DNA of 64,000 nucleotides from an uncultured Acidobacteriota bacterium (GCA_963742245.1 CAVULG010000006.1:36962-100961), one strand, 5' to 3'. Positions 31,167-39,920 are shown, counted from the stretch's first letter. Notes: a model not told the origin generated them from the sequence alone. Translations and numbers: made by a program.

Positions 31167-31193
31167 ATAAAAAAAGGGGGCCCGCAGGCCCCC
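31167..31193 (-). terminator. rho-independent terminator of the micro-ORF transcript
   Basis: The minus strand reads gggggcc-tgcg-ggccccc followed by a run of seven T (TTTTTTTAT). Confidence 0.8.
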
Positions 31194-31226
31194 GAGAAAC
31201 CGTGTTCGAAGCTGTAAGTCGTTGAC

Positions 31227-31286
31227 TTACTTCTTCTTCTTAGTCGCCTTCTTCGCTTTCTTAGCAGCCTTCTTCTTCGTGGCCAT
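31227..31286 (-). CDS. 19-aa polylysine micro-protein MATKKKAAKKAKKATKKKK
   Basis: ATG preceded by GGGAGGGAGGTGAcgta (strong SD, 4-nt spacer). Has its own promoter and terminator. It is the lowest-GC stretch of the window. Confidence 0.55.
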   Translation of the reverse strand: MATKKKAAKKAKKATKKKK

Positions 31287-31450
31287 TACGTCACCTCCCT
31301 CCCGACAGCTGATTGACAGCCCGCGGGCGAGGTGCTACTTTTTCCGCCCCCGTCAAAGGGCGTATCGCCTTCGGTCTGTCGCTGTCGAACGATTGATAGG
31401 ACATACGCTCGTCAAATCGCCGGGTGGGCGCCAACCCATCCGGCGATTTC

Positions 31451-31480
31451 ATTCTAGGAGAGTCCCTCGTAAGCGTTCAA
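31451..31480 (-). promoter_or_regulatory. sigma70-like promoter TTGAAC-N18-TAGAAT driving the micro-ORF unit
   Basis: The minus strand reads ttgaac gcttacgagggactctcc tagaat. Confidence 0.6.
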
Positions 31481-31572
31481 GAATTTTTCCCCTGATCTCT
31501 CTTGACTTCATTGTGGCGATGCGCGAGACGCAAGTCAAGTCGCCGACGCCTCCGCCGCCTCCCGAGCGGCCG

Positions 31573-31578
31573 TAGAAT
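31573..31578 (+). promoter_or_regulatory. -10 box TAGAAT 6 nt before the GTG start (leaderless arrangement)
   Basis: tagaat-ccgccc-GTG at 31585. Confidence 0.5.
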
Positions 31579-31584
31579 CCGCCC

Positions 31585-32448
31585 GTGACGAGCTCCGAGA
31601 CCATCACCGTCGCGCACAGTCCCGACTCCGACGACGCCTTCATGTTCTACGCGCTCGCCGAAGGACGCGTCGAGACCGAGGGCCTCGAGTTCCGCCACGA
31701 GCTCTCCGACATCGAGTCGCTCAACCGCCGCGCGATGGCGGGGGAGCTCGCGGTGACCGCCGTCTCCTTCCACGCGTACGCGCATCTCGCCGCCCGGTAC
31801 CTCCTCCTTCCGCACGGCGCGTCCTTCGGCGACGGCTACGGTCCCGTCCTGGTCGCACGAGAGATCGCTGCGCGCGCGCCGATCTCCCGCGAGGCCATCG
31901 CGTCCGGACGGATCGTCGTCGCCTCGCCGGGTCCGTGGACGACGGCGGCGCTCGCGCTCTCGCTCTGGGCGCCGGGTGTCGCGACGCGCGCGATGCCGTT
32001 CGACCGCATCCAGGAGGCCGTCGCTTCCGGAGAAGTCGAAGCGGGCCTGCTCATCCACGAGGGGCAGCTCACCTTCGGCGAGGAAGGCCTCACCGGGATC
32101 GTGGACCTGGGCCGCTGGTGGAAAGAGGAGACGGGTCTCCCGCTTCCCCTCGGCGGCAACGTCGTGCGCCGCGACCTCGGACCCGAGCGGATCGGGCGGA
32201 TCTCGCGGGCGCTCTCGCGGTCGATCGAATACGGCCTCGCGCACCGTTCCGCGGCCCTCGATCACGCCATGAAGTACGCCCGGGGCCTCCCGCGCGCGAA
32301 GGCGGACGAGTTCGTCGGGATGTACGTCAATGCCTGGACGCAGGACTACGGCGAGACGGGCCGCCGGGCGGTCCAGACCCTGCTCGATCGGGCGCACGCG
32401 GCGGGCCTGACGCCCCCGGTGCGGGCCGAGTGGGTCGAGCGGGACTGA
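31585..32448 (+). CDS. MqnA/MqnD/SBP family protein (futalosine-pathway menaquinone biosynthesis family)
   Basis: ITVAHSPDSDDAFMFYALAEGR and LLIHEGQLTF resemble the PF02621 family. The exact enzyme is not assignable by eye. Confidence 0.65.
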   Translation: MTSSETITVAHSPDSDDAFMFYALAEGRVETEGLEFRHELSDIESLNRRAMAGELAVTAVSFHAYAHLAARYLLLPHGASFGDGYGPVLVAREIAARAPISREAIASGRIVVASPGPWTTAALALSLWAPGVATRAMPFDRIQEAVASGEVEAGLLIHEGQLTFGEEGLTGIVDLGRWWKEETGLPLPLGGNVVRRDLGPERIGRISRALSRSIEYGLAHRSAALDHAMKYARGLPRAKADEFVGMYVNAWTQDYGETGRRAVQTLLDRAHAAGLTPPVRAEWVERD

Positions 32449-32464
32449 CCCTCAGGGTGCGGGC

Positions 32465-33028
32465 TTGAAGTCGGCCGGCCGCCTCGACACCCTCGTCCTG
32501 ACGCTGCACCTGGCGGCGCTCTCGCTGGCCCTGGCGCCCCCGATCTTCTTCGGGGCCGTCATCGCCCCGACGGTCTTCCGGGTGCTGCCGACCCGCGATC
32601 TGGCCGGAGCGCTCCAGAGCCCCATCCTCTCCAAGCTGTGCCTGCTCGCGGAAGTGAGCTTCGCGGTCCTGTTCGTGACCGCCTGGTGGCTGACGCGGCG
32701 GGACGCTCCCCGTTCGGCGCGCGCCTTCCTGACGCGGCTCCCGGTCCTCGGCTTCTTCGCCGCGCTCGTGATCCGCCAGCTCCTCATCCCTCCGATCGAC
32801 CGCATCCGCGAAGAGGCGCCGGGTCTCATCGACAGCCTCGCCGCCTCGGATCCCTCGAGGATCCTCCTCGACCGCTATCACCGCCTGGCGACCGGATTCT
32901 TCTCGCTGGAGATCGCGGCCGCGGCGCTGATCCTCGTCGCCACCGCGGGTCTTCTCACCGCGCGCCGCTCCGCGCCCCCGCCGCCGGAGAAGCCGAAGGT
33001 GGCTGCAAAGGTCCTCGACCTCGAGTAG
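32465..33028 (+). CDS. DUF4149 domain membrane protein
   Basis: Four TM helices. LHLAALSLALAPPIFFGAVIAPTVFRVLP is a typical DUF4149 N-terminus. Confidence 0.65.
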   Translation: MKSAGRLDTLVLTLHLAALSLALAPPIFFGAVIAPTVFRVLPTRDLAGALQSPILSKLCLLAEVSFAVLFVTAWWLTRRDAPRSARAFLTRLPVLGFFAALVIRQLLIPPIDRIREEAPGLIDSLAASDPSRILLDRYHRLATGFFSLEIAAAALILVATAGLLTARRSAPPPPEKPKVAAKVLDLE

Positions 33029-33047
33029 CCGCGGCGTCGCGTAATCG

Positions 33048-33201
33048 GGCCTGCGGCGCCTCCCTGCGTCGGCACGCGGCGGCCTTTCTCGAAACAAGCG
33101 ACCGGCCGCCGCTGACTGCGTCGGCCCACGCGCCGCGGTGCGCGAGGCGGACTTCTGTGTGGGCCGCCGCAGACCACCTCCTCCGGGAGGCGCCGCAGGC
33201 C
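33048..33201. repeat. solo, diverged copy of the multi-hairpin element that is tandemly repeated at 36289-37336
   Basis: A perfect 17-bp outer stem (ggcctgcggcgcctccc / gggaggcgccgcaggcc) encloses hairpins gcggcggcc/ggccgccgc and cggccca/tgggccg. It fills the convergent spacer between 33028 and 33206. Confidence 0.8.
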
Positions 33202-33205
33202 AGGT

Positions 33206-34105
33206 TCAGTGTTTTTTCGCCAGCTCCGCCGCGCGTTTCCCGGGTCCCGCGGTTTTATCGCCCTCCCAGCGGTAGAACCCCTCGCCGGATTTCCGACCGG
33301 TGTGTCCCTCGGCGACGAGCTCGCGCAGGATCTCCGGCGGCGTGAACCGGTCGGAGGGCAGCTCGGCGGCGAGCGTCTCGGCGATCGCGAGGCGCACGTC
33401 GAGGCCGACGAGGTCGGTCGTCTTCAGGGGGCCCATCCGGTGGCCGTAGCCGAGCTCGAGGGCGCGATCGATGTCCTCGGCGCTCGCGACGCCCTCCTCG
33501 ACCATCCGCATGGCCTCGAGCCCCAGGGCGACCCCGAGGCGCGAGGTCGCGAAACCCGGAGAGTCGCGCACCCGCACCGCTTCCTTGCCGAGCGACCGGA
33601 CGAGCTCGAGGGCGCGGGCTTCCGTCTCCGGTGAGGTCTCCTTGCCGCGGACGATCTCGACGAGCGGCATCGCGGCGACCGGGTTGAAGAAGTGGATGCC
33701 GATGACCCGGTCCCGCCGGCCGGTCGACCGGGCGATCCGGGTGATCGAGAGAGAAGAGGTGTTCGAAGCGAAGATGGTCCGCTCCGGGCACAGATCGTCG
33801 AGCTCCGAGAAGAGCATCGTCTTCAGCTCCAGGGCCTCCGGAACCGCCTCGATCGCGAGGTCGACCTCGGTGGCGTCCTTGAGTCTCTGAACGATCTTGA
33901 GCCGGTGCCGCGCCGCCTCGGCGGCCTCGGTCGTGAGCTTGCCCTTCGCGACGGCCCGCGCCCAGGATCCCTCCACGTGCCCGCGCACGGCCCGCTGGGC
34001 GTCGGGATCCGCGTCGAACACCCGCGTGTCGTGCCCGGCGAGCGCGCACGCCCCCGCGATCCCGCGGCCCATGGTGCCCGCGCCGATCACGAGAACGGAG
34101 GACAT
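33206..34105 (-). CDS. hbd: 3-hydroxyacyl-CoA / 3-hydroxybutyryl-CoA dehydrogenase
   Basis: MSSVLVIGAGTMGRGIA Rossmann motif. FASNTSSLSITRIA, IGIHFFNPV and GFATSRL motifs. Confidence 0.88.
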   Translation of the reverse strand: MSSVLVIGAGTMGRGIAGACALAGHDTRVFDADPDAQRAVRGHVEGSWARAVAKGKLTTEAAEAARHRLKIVQRLKDATEVDLAIEAVPEALELKTMLFSELDDLCPERTIFASNTSSLSITRIARSTGRRDRVIGIHFFNPVAAMPLVEIVRGKETSPETEARALELVRSLGKEAVRVRDSPGFATSRLGVALGLEAMRMVEEGVASAEDIDRALELGYGHRMGPLKTTDLVGLDVRLAIAETLAAELPSDRFTPPEILRELVAEGHTGRKSGEGFYRWEGDKTAGPGKRAAELAKKH

Positions 34106-34111
34106 GGCCGG

Positions 34112-34117
34112 ATTATC
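34112..34117 (-). promoter_or_regulatory. possible -10 box GATAAT 6 nt before the hbd ATG
   Basis: The minus strand reads gataat-ccggcc-ATG. It overlaps the stop of the upstream gene. Confidence 0.3.
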
Positions 34118-34960
34118 TACCCGATGACGCGCTCGGCGTTGTCCCAGAGGATCTTCTGCTTCGCCGCTTCCGAGAGCGGCAGCGCGCGGAACTCCTCGAG
34201 GTTCTGCTTCATCGAGGGCACGCCGGGGCTGGGATAGTCCGTTCCCCACAGGCAGCGGTCCGCGAGCTCCTCCAGGCGCGGCAGGTACTCGAGGAGCTTC
34301 TTCGGCGGGATGCCGGAGAGATCGATGTGGACGTTGGGATGGCGGCGCACGAGGAAGACCGCCGTCTCCATGTAGAGCGGGCGGCCCGCGTGGGCGAGGA
34401 GGATCTTGAGCTTCGGGAAATCGACCGCGACGTCGTCGACCGGCATCGGGTCGGCGAAGCGGTTGCGCGCGCCCGGAAAGATCGAGGTTCCCGTGTGGAT
34501 CGTGACGGGGCGTCCCCGCTCCTCGGCGGCGCGGTAGACCTCCGCGAGGCCCGGCGCGTCCGACGAGGTAGGCGTTGGCGGCGTAGAGCTGGTGGGGAGG
34601 ATGGATCTTGAGGAGCCGGATGCCCGCGTCGAAGAGGCGCCGCGTGTCGCCGCCGGGGTCCGTCGTGTGGAGCGGATGGACCGACCCGACCGCGTAAAGG
34701 CGCTCCTCGTGCCCGCGCACGTAGCGCAGGATCCACTCGTTGACCGAGGGCGGAAAACCCATGACCGCGGGCGCGACGTAGTTGATGAGAGCCGCCTTCT
34801 CGACGCCCTCGCGGTCCATCAGGTCGAGGAGGGCGCGCGGATCCGCGAGGGCTTCCTGGATCTGTCCGAGGTCCTTGCGGCCCGCCGCCATCCGGGCGCG
34901 CACGTCGGGCCGCATTTCCTCCCAGGGTTGAACGTGCACGTGACAGTCGAAGACCCGCAT
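34117..34960 (-). pseudogene. amidohydrolase-2 family metal-dependent hydrolase; one frameshift near 34565 as assembled
   Basis: MRVFDCHVHVQPWE... is in one frame. ...DAPGLAEVYRAAEERGRPVTIHTGTS...LLAHAGRPLYMETAV...WGTDYP is in another frame. Confidence 0.7.
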
Positions 34961-35025
34961 CGGCGCGCTAGCGTATGGCACGCGGGCCGCGGCCGACTCT
35001 TTTCGATGGTAGATTCCTCCAAACG

Positions 35026-36250
35026 ATGCGCCCCGCCAGAAAAGCGGTCCTCCTCGGCGCTTGCGCCCTGGCCGCGGGCCTGCGCGGCGGCCTCGCGGTT
35101 CCCTCGGCCTTTGCCTCGGCCTCTGCCTCCGCGAGCGCCCAGACGCCGCGCGCGACTCCGACGTCCGCCCGACGGCCTCCGACCGCCGCTCCGACGGCGA
35201 TCCCCACGCCCGTACCACCCGAGCGGGAGGGGCGCCAGAACCGGGGCGCCGCACCGGCGCCGGATCGCCGCGGGGCCCGATACGAGAACCGGAGCGTCCG
35301 CTACTCGAAGGTCACGCGCGTGGAGGAAGTCGACCTCGACCGCGACGGCGTCTTCGAAGCCCTGGTCGAGGGCGTCGGCACGGTCCGCAGCCTGCCGCCG
35401 GACATCCCGGCCGTCGGCTTCGTGTCGCGCGCGCGTCTGCCGTTCGAGAACCCCATCCTCTCCGTCTTCAAGCGCGCGCCCGGCGGCGATTGGGATCTGC
35501 TGCTGGCCGCCCATCTTCCGCAACAGTGCACGCAGAGCGCCGACACGGCCCGCTGCGACGAGCTGCTGGCGTTTCGCAGCGTCGACTTCCGCTTCGACGA
35601 CCGGCCGCAGGTGGCGCTCCAGATCGTCCGGGCGGGCGAGCCGCGCCTCTCCGAGACGTACATGTACCGGCTGGACAAGGGGCGTTTCGACACCACGTTC
35701 TCCGCGGTGCTCCCGCGGGCGGCGGTGGAGGTCGACTTCGGGCCCGCGGGCATCACGCGCCGCATCGCGGTCGACACGTTCATCAACAGTGCGCTGCCGC
35801 CGCGCTATCGCAGCTTCACGCTGACGACGAGCTACGTGTTCGGCGAGCGGCGCTTCCGGATCGTTTCCGAGAGCGTCGAGCCGGAGTGGGCCGACCGCGG
35901 CGTCCTCGACCTCTCGTACTGGGGGCTCGTCCATCAGCCGACGTTCTCGGAAGACCTCGTGAAGCTGAAGGAGCGGCAGGCGAAAGTTTCCGGGGGAGCC
36001 CTGGGCGCTCGACCCGGTGGAGCTCGTCAAAAGGAAGTATCCGGACGCGAAGGGCACGCGGGTCTTCGTCAAGCAGCCGGGGCTGGCCGTCGTGACGTTC
36101 GAGCGCGCGGGATGCATCGCGCACCTCGTCGTGTTCCAGCCGCTGCGGGAGTGGGACGGGGAGAAGAGTCTCTGGGATTTCGGGACGATCCGGTCGACGG
36201 AGAGTTCCGACTACGAGTGTCTGCCGGAGCCTCCGGTTTCGAAGCCGTAG
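35026..36250 (+). pseudogene. hypothetical secreted protein; one frameshift near 35995 (G-run) as assembled
   Basis: Signal-like MRPARKAVLLGACALAAGL. The frame changes at tccgggggagcc. The tail ...PWALDPVELVKRKYPDAKGTRVFVKQPG...ECLPEPPVSKP* is in ORF 36017..36250. Confidence 0.5.
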
Positions 36251-36288
36251 AGAGAGTCCTCGTTCGCCGATCCTTGGCGATCCGAGCT

Positions 36289-37336
36289 GCATCCCGGCCT
36301 GCGGCGTCTCCCTCGTCGGCACGCGGCGGCCGGCCGTTGAGAGGGAGTTCCGGCCGCCGCTGACTGCGTCGGCCCATTTGCCGCGCTGCGAGAGTCGGAG
36401 TGTGGTGTGGGCCGCCGCAGATCACCTCCTCCGGGAGACGCCTCCGGCCGGGTGGCGGATTTCGCGGGGATGCGCTTAGCGGATCGTTGCGGCTGTGCGG
36501 GTCGCATCCCGGCCTGCGGCGTCTTCCTCGTCGGCACGCGGCGGCCGGCCGTTGAGAGGGAGTTCCGGCCGCCGCTGACTGCGTCGGCCCATTTGCCGCG
36601 CTGCGAGAGTCGGAGCGTGGTGTGGGCCGCCGCAGATCACCTCCTCCGGGAGACGCCTCCGGCCGGGTGGCGGATGTTGCGGGGCTGCGCTTAGCGGGTT
36701 CGTTGCGGCTGTGCGGGCTGCATCCCGGCCTGCGGCGTCTTCCTCGTCGGCACGCGGCGGCCGGCCGTTGAGAGGGAATTCCGGCCGCCGCTGACTGCGT
36801 CGGCCCATTTGCCGCGCTGCGAAAGTCGGAGCGTGGTGTGGGCCGCCGCAGATCACCTCCTCCGGGAGACGCCTCCGGCCGGGTGGCGGATGTTGCGGGG
36901 CTGCGCTTAGCGGGTTCGTTGCGGCTGTGCGGGCTGCATCCCGGCCTGCGGCGTCTCCCTCGTCGGCACGCGGCGGCCGGCCGTTGAGAGGGAATTCCGG
37001 CCGCCGCTGACTGCGTCGGCCCATTTGCCGCGCTGCGAGAGTCGGAGCGTGGTGTGGGCCGCCGCAGATCACCTCCTCCGGGAGACGCCTCCGGCCGGGT
37101 CGCGGATTTCGTGGGGATGCGCTTAGCGGATCGTTGCGGCTGTGCGAGTCGCATCCCGGCCTGCGGCGTCTCCCTCGTCGGCACGCGGCGGCCGGCCGTT
37201 GAGAGGGAGTTCCGGCCGCCGCTGACTGCGTCGGCCCATTTGCCGCGCTGCGAGAGTCGGAGCGTGGTGTGGGCCGCCGCAGATCACCTCCTCCGGGAGA
37301 CGCCTCCGGCCGGGTGCTGATGTCGCGGGGCTGCGC
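36289..37336. repeat. five head-to-tail copies (period 215/216 nt) of a GC-rich multi-hairpin element plus a symporter-gene-tail relic
   Basis: Unit starts are at 36289, 36504, 36720, 36936 and 37151. The units differ by a handful of substitutions. Confidence 0.9.
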
Positions 37337-38719
37337 TTAGCGGGGTGCTGCGGCTGGCGCGCGGCGCGCGGCGTAGGCGGCGGCGAGCACCAGCGCGTTG
37401 ACGGCCGTGCCGACGATTACGGGATCGTGGCCGCCGACGGCGGCGGGGACGAAGCGGCCGATCGCGGCCGTGGCGCCGCCGAGGATCATGGCGGCGATGG
37501 CGCCGGATCGGGGGATGCGCGTGGGGCCCGGGAGCAGGGCCGCCAGGACGGGAAGGATGAGGCCGGCGGCGAAAATGGAGTAGCCGAGGCGGAGGGTGGC
37601 GAGGACGTCGCGGTTGAGCAGCAGGGCGGTCGCGAGGCCGAGGGCGCCGTAGACGGGCGCGAGGAAGCGCGCGGCGGAGAGGGTCATCGGCCGGCCGAGG
37701 ATGGCGGGGGCGAGATCGCGGGAGGTGACGGCCGTCGCCGAGAGGAGCACGACGTCGGCCGAGGTCTGCATGGTCGCGACGAGGGCGACGAGGACGAGGG
37801 CGGCGAGCGCCGGCGGGGCGAATCCGAGAACGGCCGCGGGCAGCGCCTCGGCGGCGGGCACCGGCGGGAGGGCCTTGCGCGCCGCGAGGGCGATCGCCGC
37901 CACGGAAAGGCCGAAGAGGATCTTGGAGACCGAGGCGAGGAGGGCCGAGGTGCGCGCCGTCGACTCGTCGCGGCAGGAGAAGAGCTTCAGGTAGACGTCG
38001 CTGCCCACGAGGTGCGGCAGGCCGATCAGGACGAGCATCGCGAGGATGTCCGTGAAGTGAAACGTCGGCGAGGTCGGAAAGCTCCAGACCTCGGCGGGAA
38101 GCGCCGACAGGCCGCCGGAGCCCCGCAGAGCGCACACGAGGGCGATGCCGGGGATGCCGACGAGCATGAGGCCGTACTGGAGCAGGTCCGTCCGCACGAC
38201 GGCGAACTGGCCGCCGAGCGCGGTGTAGGTCACGAAGACCGCCGTCGCGAGGACGATGGCCCCGCGCGGCTCGAGGCCGAGCGCGGCCGTGAGGACGACC
38301 TGCGTGGTCTCGGTCAGGAGCGCGAACCACACGACCTCCGAGGCGAGCACGAGGGCCGCGGCGACACGCCGGGCGGCCGTGCCGTAGTAACGGCCGACGA
38401 TCTCGGGCAGCGTCACCGCGCCCTCGCGGCGGACGCGGCGCGCGAGAAAGAACCCGAGGGCCGCCAGGCCCAGGGCGCCCGCGAGGTCGAGCCACAGACC
38501 CGACACGCCGTGCGTGTAGACGAGCGCCGCGAGCGCGATCGTCGTCGAGCCGCCGGTCGTCAGCGAGGCGAGGCCCGTGAAGCCCCAGAAGACGCTGAGC
38601 GAGCGGTCGGCCAGGAAGAAGGACGCCTCGTCGCGGCCGGCGCGGCGCCTCCAGGCGAGGCCGATCGCGAGGACGGCCGCGAGGTACACGCCGAGGGCGG
38701 CGGCCGCGAGCGCGTGCAC
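37337..38719 (-). CDS. sodium:solute symporter (SSS) family transporter
   Basis: ~460 aa with more than 12 TM helices and an FFLADRSLSVFWGFTGLASLTTGGSTT motif. The GTG start at 38719 is inferred, as there is no ATG near TM1. Confidence 0.75.
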   Translation of the reverse strand: MHALAAAALGVYLAAVLAIGLAWRRRAGRDEASFFLADRSLSVFWGFTGLASLTTGGSTTIALAALVYTHGVSGLWLDLAGALGLAALGFFLARRVRREGAVTLPEIVGRYYGTAARRVAAALVLASEVVWFALLTETTQVVLTAALGLEPRGAIVLATAVFVTYTALGGQFAVVRTDLLQYGLMLVGIPGIALVCALRGSGGLSALPAEVWSFPTSPTFHFTDILAMLVLIGLPHLVGSDVYLKLFSCRDESTARTSALLASVSKILFGLSVAAIALAARKALPPVPAAEALPAAVLGFAPPALAALVLVALVATMQTSADVVLLSATAVTSRDLAPAILGRPMTLSAARFLAPVYGALGLATALLLNRDVLATLRLGYSIFAAGLILPVLAALLPGPTRIPRSGAIAAMILGGATAAIGRFVPAAVGGHDPVIVGTAVNALVLAAAYAARRAPAAAPR

Positions 38720-38735
38720 GGGTGGCGTCAGGCTT

Positions 38736-39914
38736 TCAGAGTCGTTTTCCGACCTCGCGCGCCGCGGCTTCCAGAACGACCGTGCCGATCGCGAGGGAGC
38801 GCTCGTCGAGGTCGAAGCGCGGAGAGTGGTGGGGCCGCGGCTCGCCCTCCCGCGCGCAGCCGACGAAGAAGAAGCAGCCGGGCACGCGGTCGAGGTATTC
38901 GCACATGTCCTCGCCGGCGAGGGTGCGCGTGTCCGTCTCGACGTTCTCCTCGCCGAGCAGGCGCGCCGCGGTCTCGATGACGATGTCGGCGATCCGGGGA
39001 TCGTTGACGGTCGCGCCGTTGTTGCGCTCGTAGCGGATCCGCGCCTCCACACCGCACGCCGCTGCCGTGCCGTGGACGATGCGGGCGATCTTCTCGGGCA
39101 GCGCCCGGCCGGTCTCCGCCGTGAAGGAGCGCGCGGTGCCCTCGAGCCGGACGGCGCCGGGGATGACGTTGAACGCCGTGCCGCCGTGAATGCTGCCGAT
39201 CGTGACGACGGCGGAGTCGAGCGGCGAGATCTCGCGCGAGACGACGGACTGGAGCGACTCGACGACCCGCGCGGCGGCGAGAATCGGGTCGGCGGCCTCG
39301 TGCGGCATCGCGCCGTGCCCGCCGCGGCCGACGATGTCGATGGAGAAGCTGTCGACGGCGGCCATGAGCGCGCCGCGGTTGATGCCGATCGTGCCCACGG
39401 GAAGGGCGCTCCAGAGATGGAGACCCAGGGCCGCGCCGACGCCCTCGAGCGCGCCGTCTTTCACGCAGGACTCGGCGCCGCCGCCGCCCTCCTCGGCGGG
39501 CTGGTAGAGGAAGCGCAGCCCGCGCTCGGGGGCGCTGCGCACGAGGCGCTCCGCGACGCCGAGGGCGATCGCCATGTGGCCGTCGTGTCCGCAGGCGTGC
39601 ATGCGGCCGGACTCGCGCGAGGCGTACGGCTCGCCGCTGTCTTCCTCGAGCGGCAGGGCGTCCATGTCGGCGCGGAGCAGGAGGCGCGCTCCGGAGGGCC
39701 CCGCGTCGGCCCAGAGACCGGTCCGGCCGATGCCGGTCGCGGGGGCGAGTCCGAGATCCGCGAGGCGCCGGGCGACGGCGGCGGCGGTGCGCCGCTCCTC
39801 GAAGGCGATCTCGGGATGCGCGTGGAAGTCGCGGCGCGTGGCGGAGAGCCGGGCGGCCTCCTCGGCGGGAAATCCCGCCAGCAGCGCGGCGGCGCGCGGA
39901 GGAAGCGTCGGCAC
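38736..39914 (-). CDS. M20 family amidohydrolase (N-acyl-L-amino acid amidohydrolase / hippurate hydrolase-like)
   Basis: FHAHPEIAFEE, MHACGHDGH, QPAEEGGGGA, GGHGAMPH and GGTAFNVIP motifs. Confidence 0.88.
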   Translation of the reverse strand: MPTLPPRAAALLAGFPAEEAARLSATRRDFHAHPEIAFEERRTAAAVARRLADLGLAPATGIGRTGLWADAGPSGARLLLRADMDALPLEEDSGEPYASRESGRMHACGHDGHMAIALGVAERLVRSAPERGLRFLYQPAEEGGGGAESCVKDGALEGVGAALGLHLWSALPVGTIGINRGALMAAVDSFSIDIVGRGGHGAMPHEAADPILAAARVVESLQSVVSREISPLDSAVVTIGSIHGGTAFNVIPGAVRLEGTARSFTAETGRALPEKIARIVHGTAAACGVEARIRYERNNGATVNDPRIADIVIETAARLLGEENVETDTRTLAGEDMCEYLDRVPGCFFFVGCAREGEPRPHHSPRFDLDERSLAIGTVVLEAAAREVGKRL

Positions 39915-39920
39915 GCGCGG

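Noticed and set aside
31167-31286. The polylysine ORF as a Lys-sensing attenuator leader peptide controlling padR and the oxidoreductase cluster.
   Set aside because: I could not find an alternative antiterminator pairing with the 5' arm of the terminator. padR also has its own -10 box and operator downstream of the terminator. This remains only a remote alternative.
31222-31575. A 117-aa + strand ORF (MTYFFFLVAFFAFLAAFFF...).
   Set aside because: Its Phe-rich start is simply the antisense of the polylysine micro-ORF (AAG/CTT). It has no promoter or RBS and runs through the leader and promoter of the opposite unit.
36069-37184. Repeat-spanning ORFs (36069..37184, 36476..37072, 36211..36537 and small + strand ORFs) that would encode 72-aa repeat proteins.
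   Set aside because: They exist only because the unit length is 216 = 3x72, and they are interrupted where units are 215 nt. They have no RBS or promoter and an Arg/Pro/Ala-rich composition. The sequence is better explained by conserved hairpins.
36289-37336. A possible CRISPR array.
   Set aside because: The whole 215/216-nt period is repeated with no unique spacers. The units are far longer than CRISPR repeats. No cas genes are in the window.
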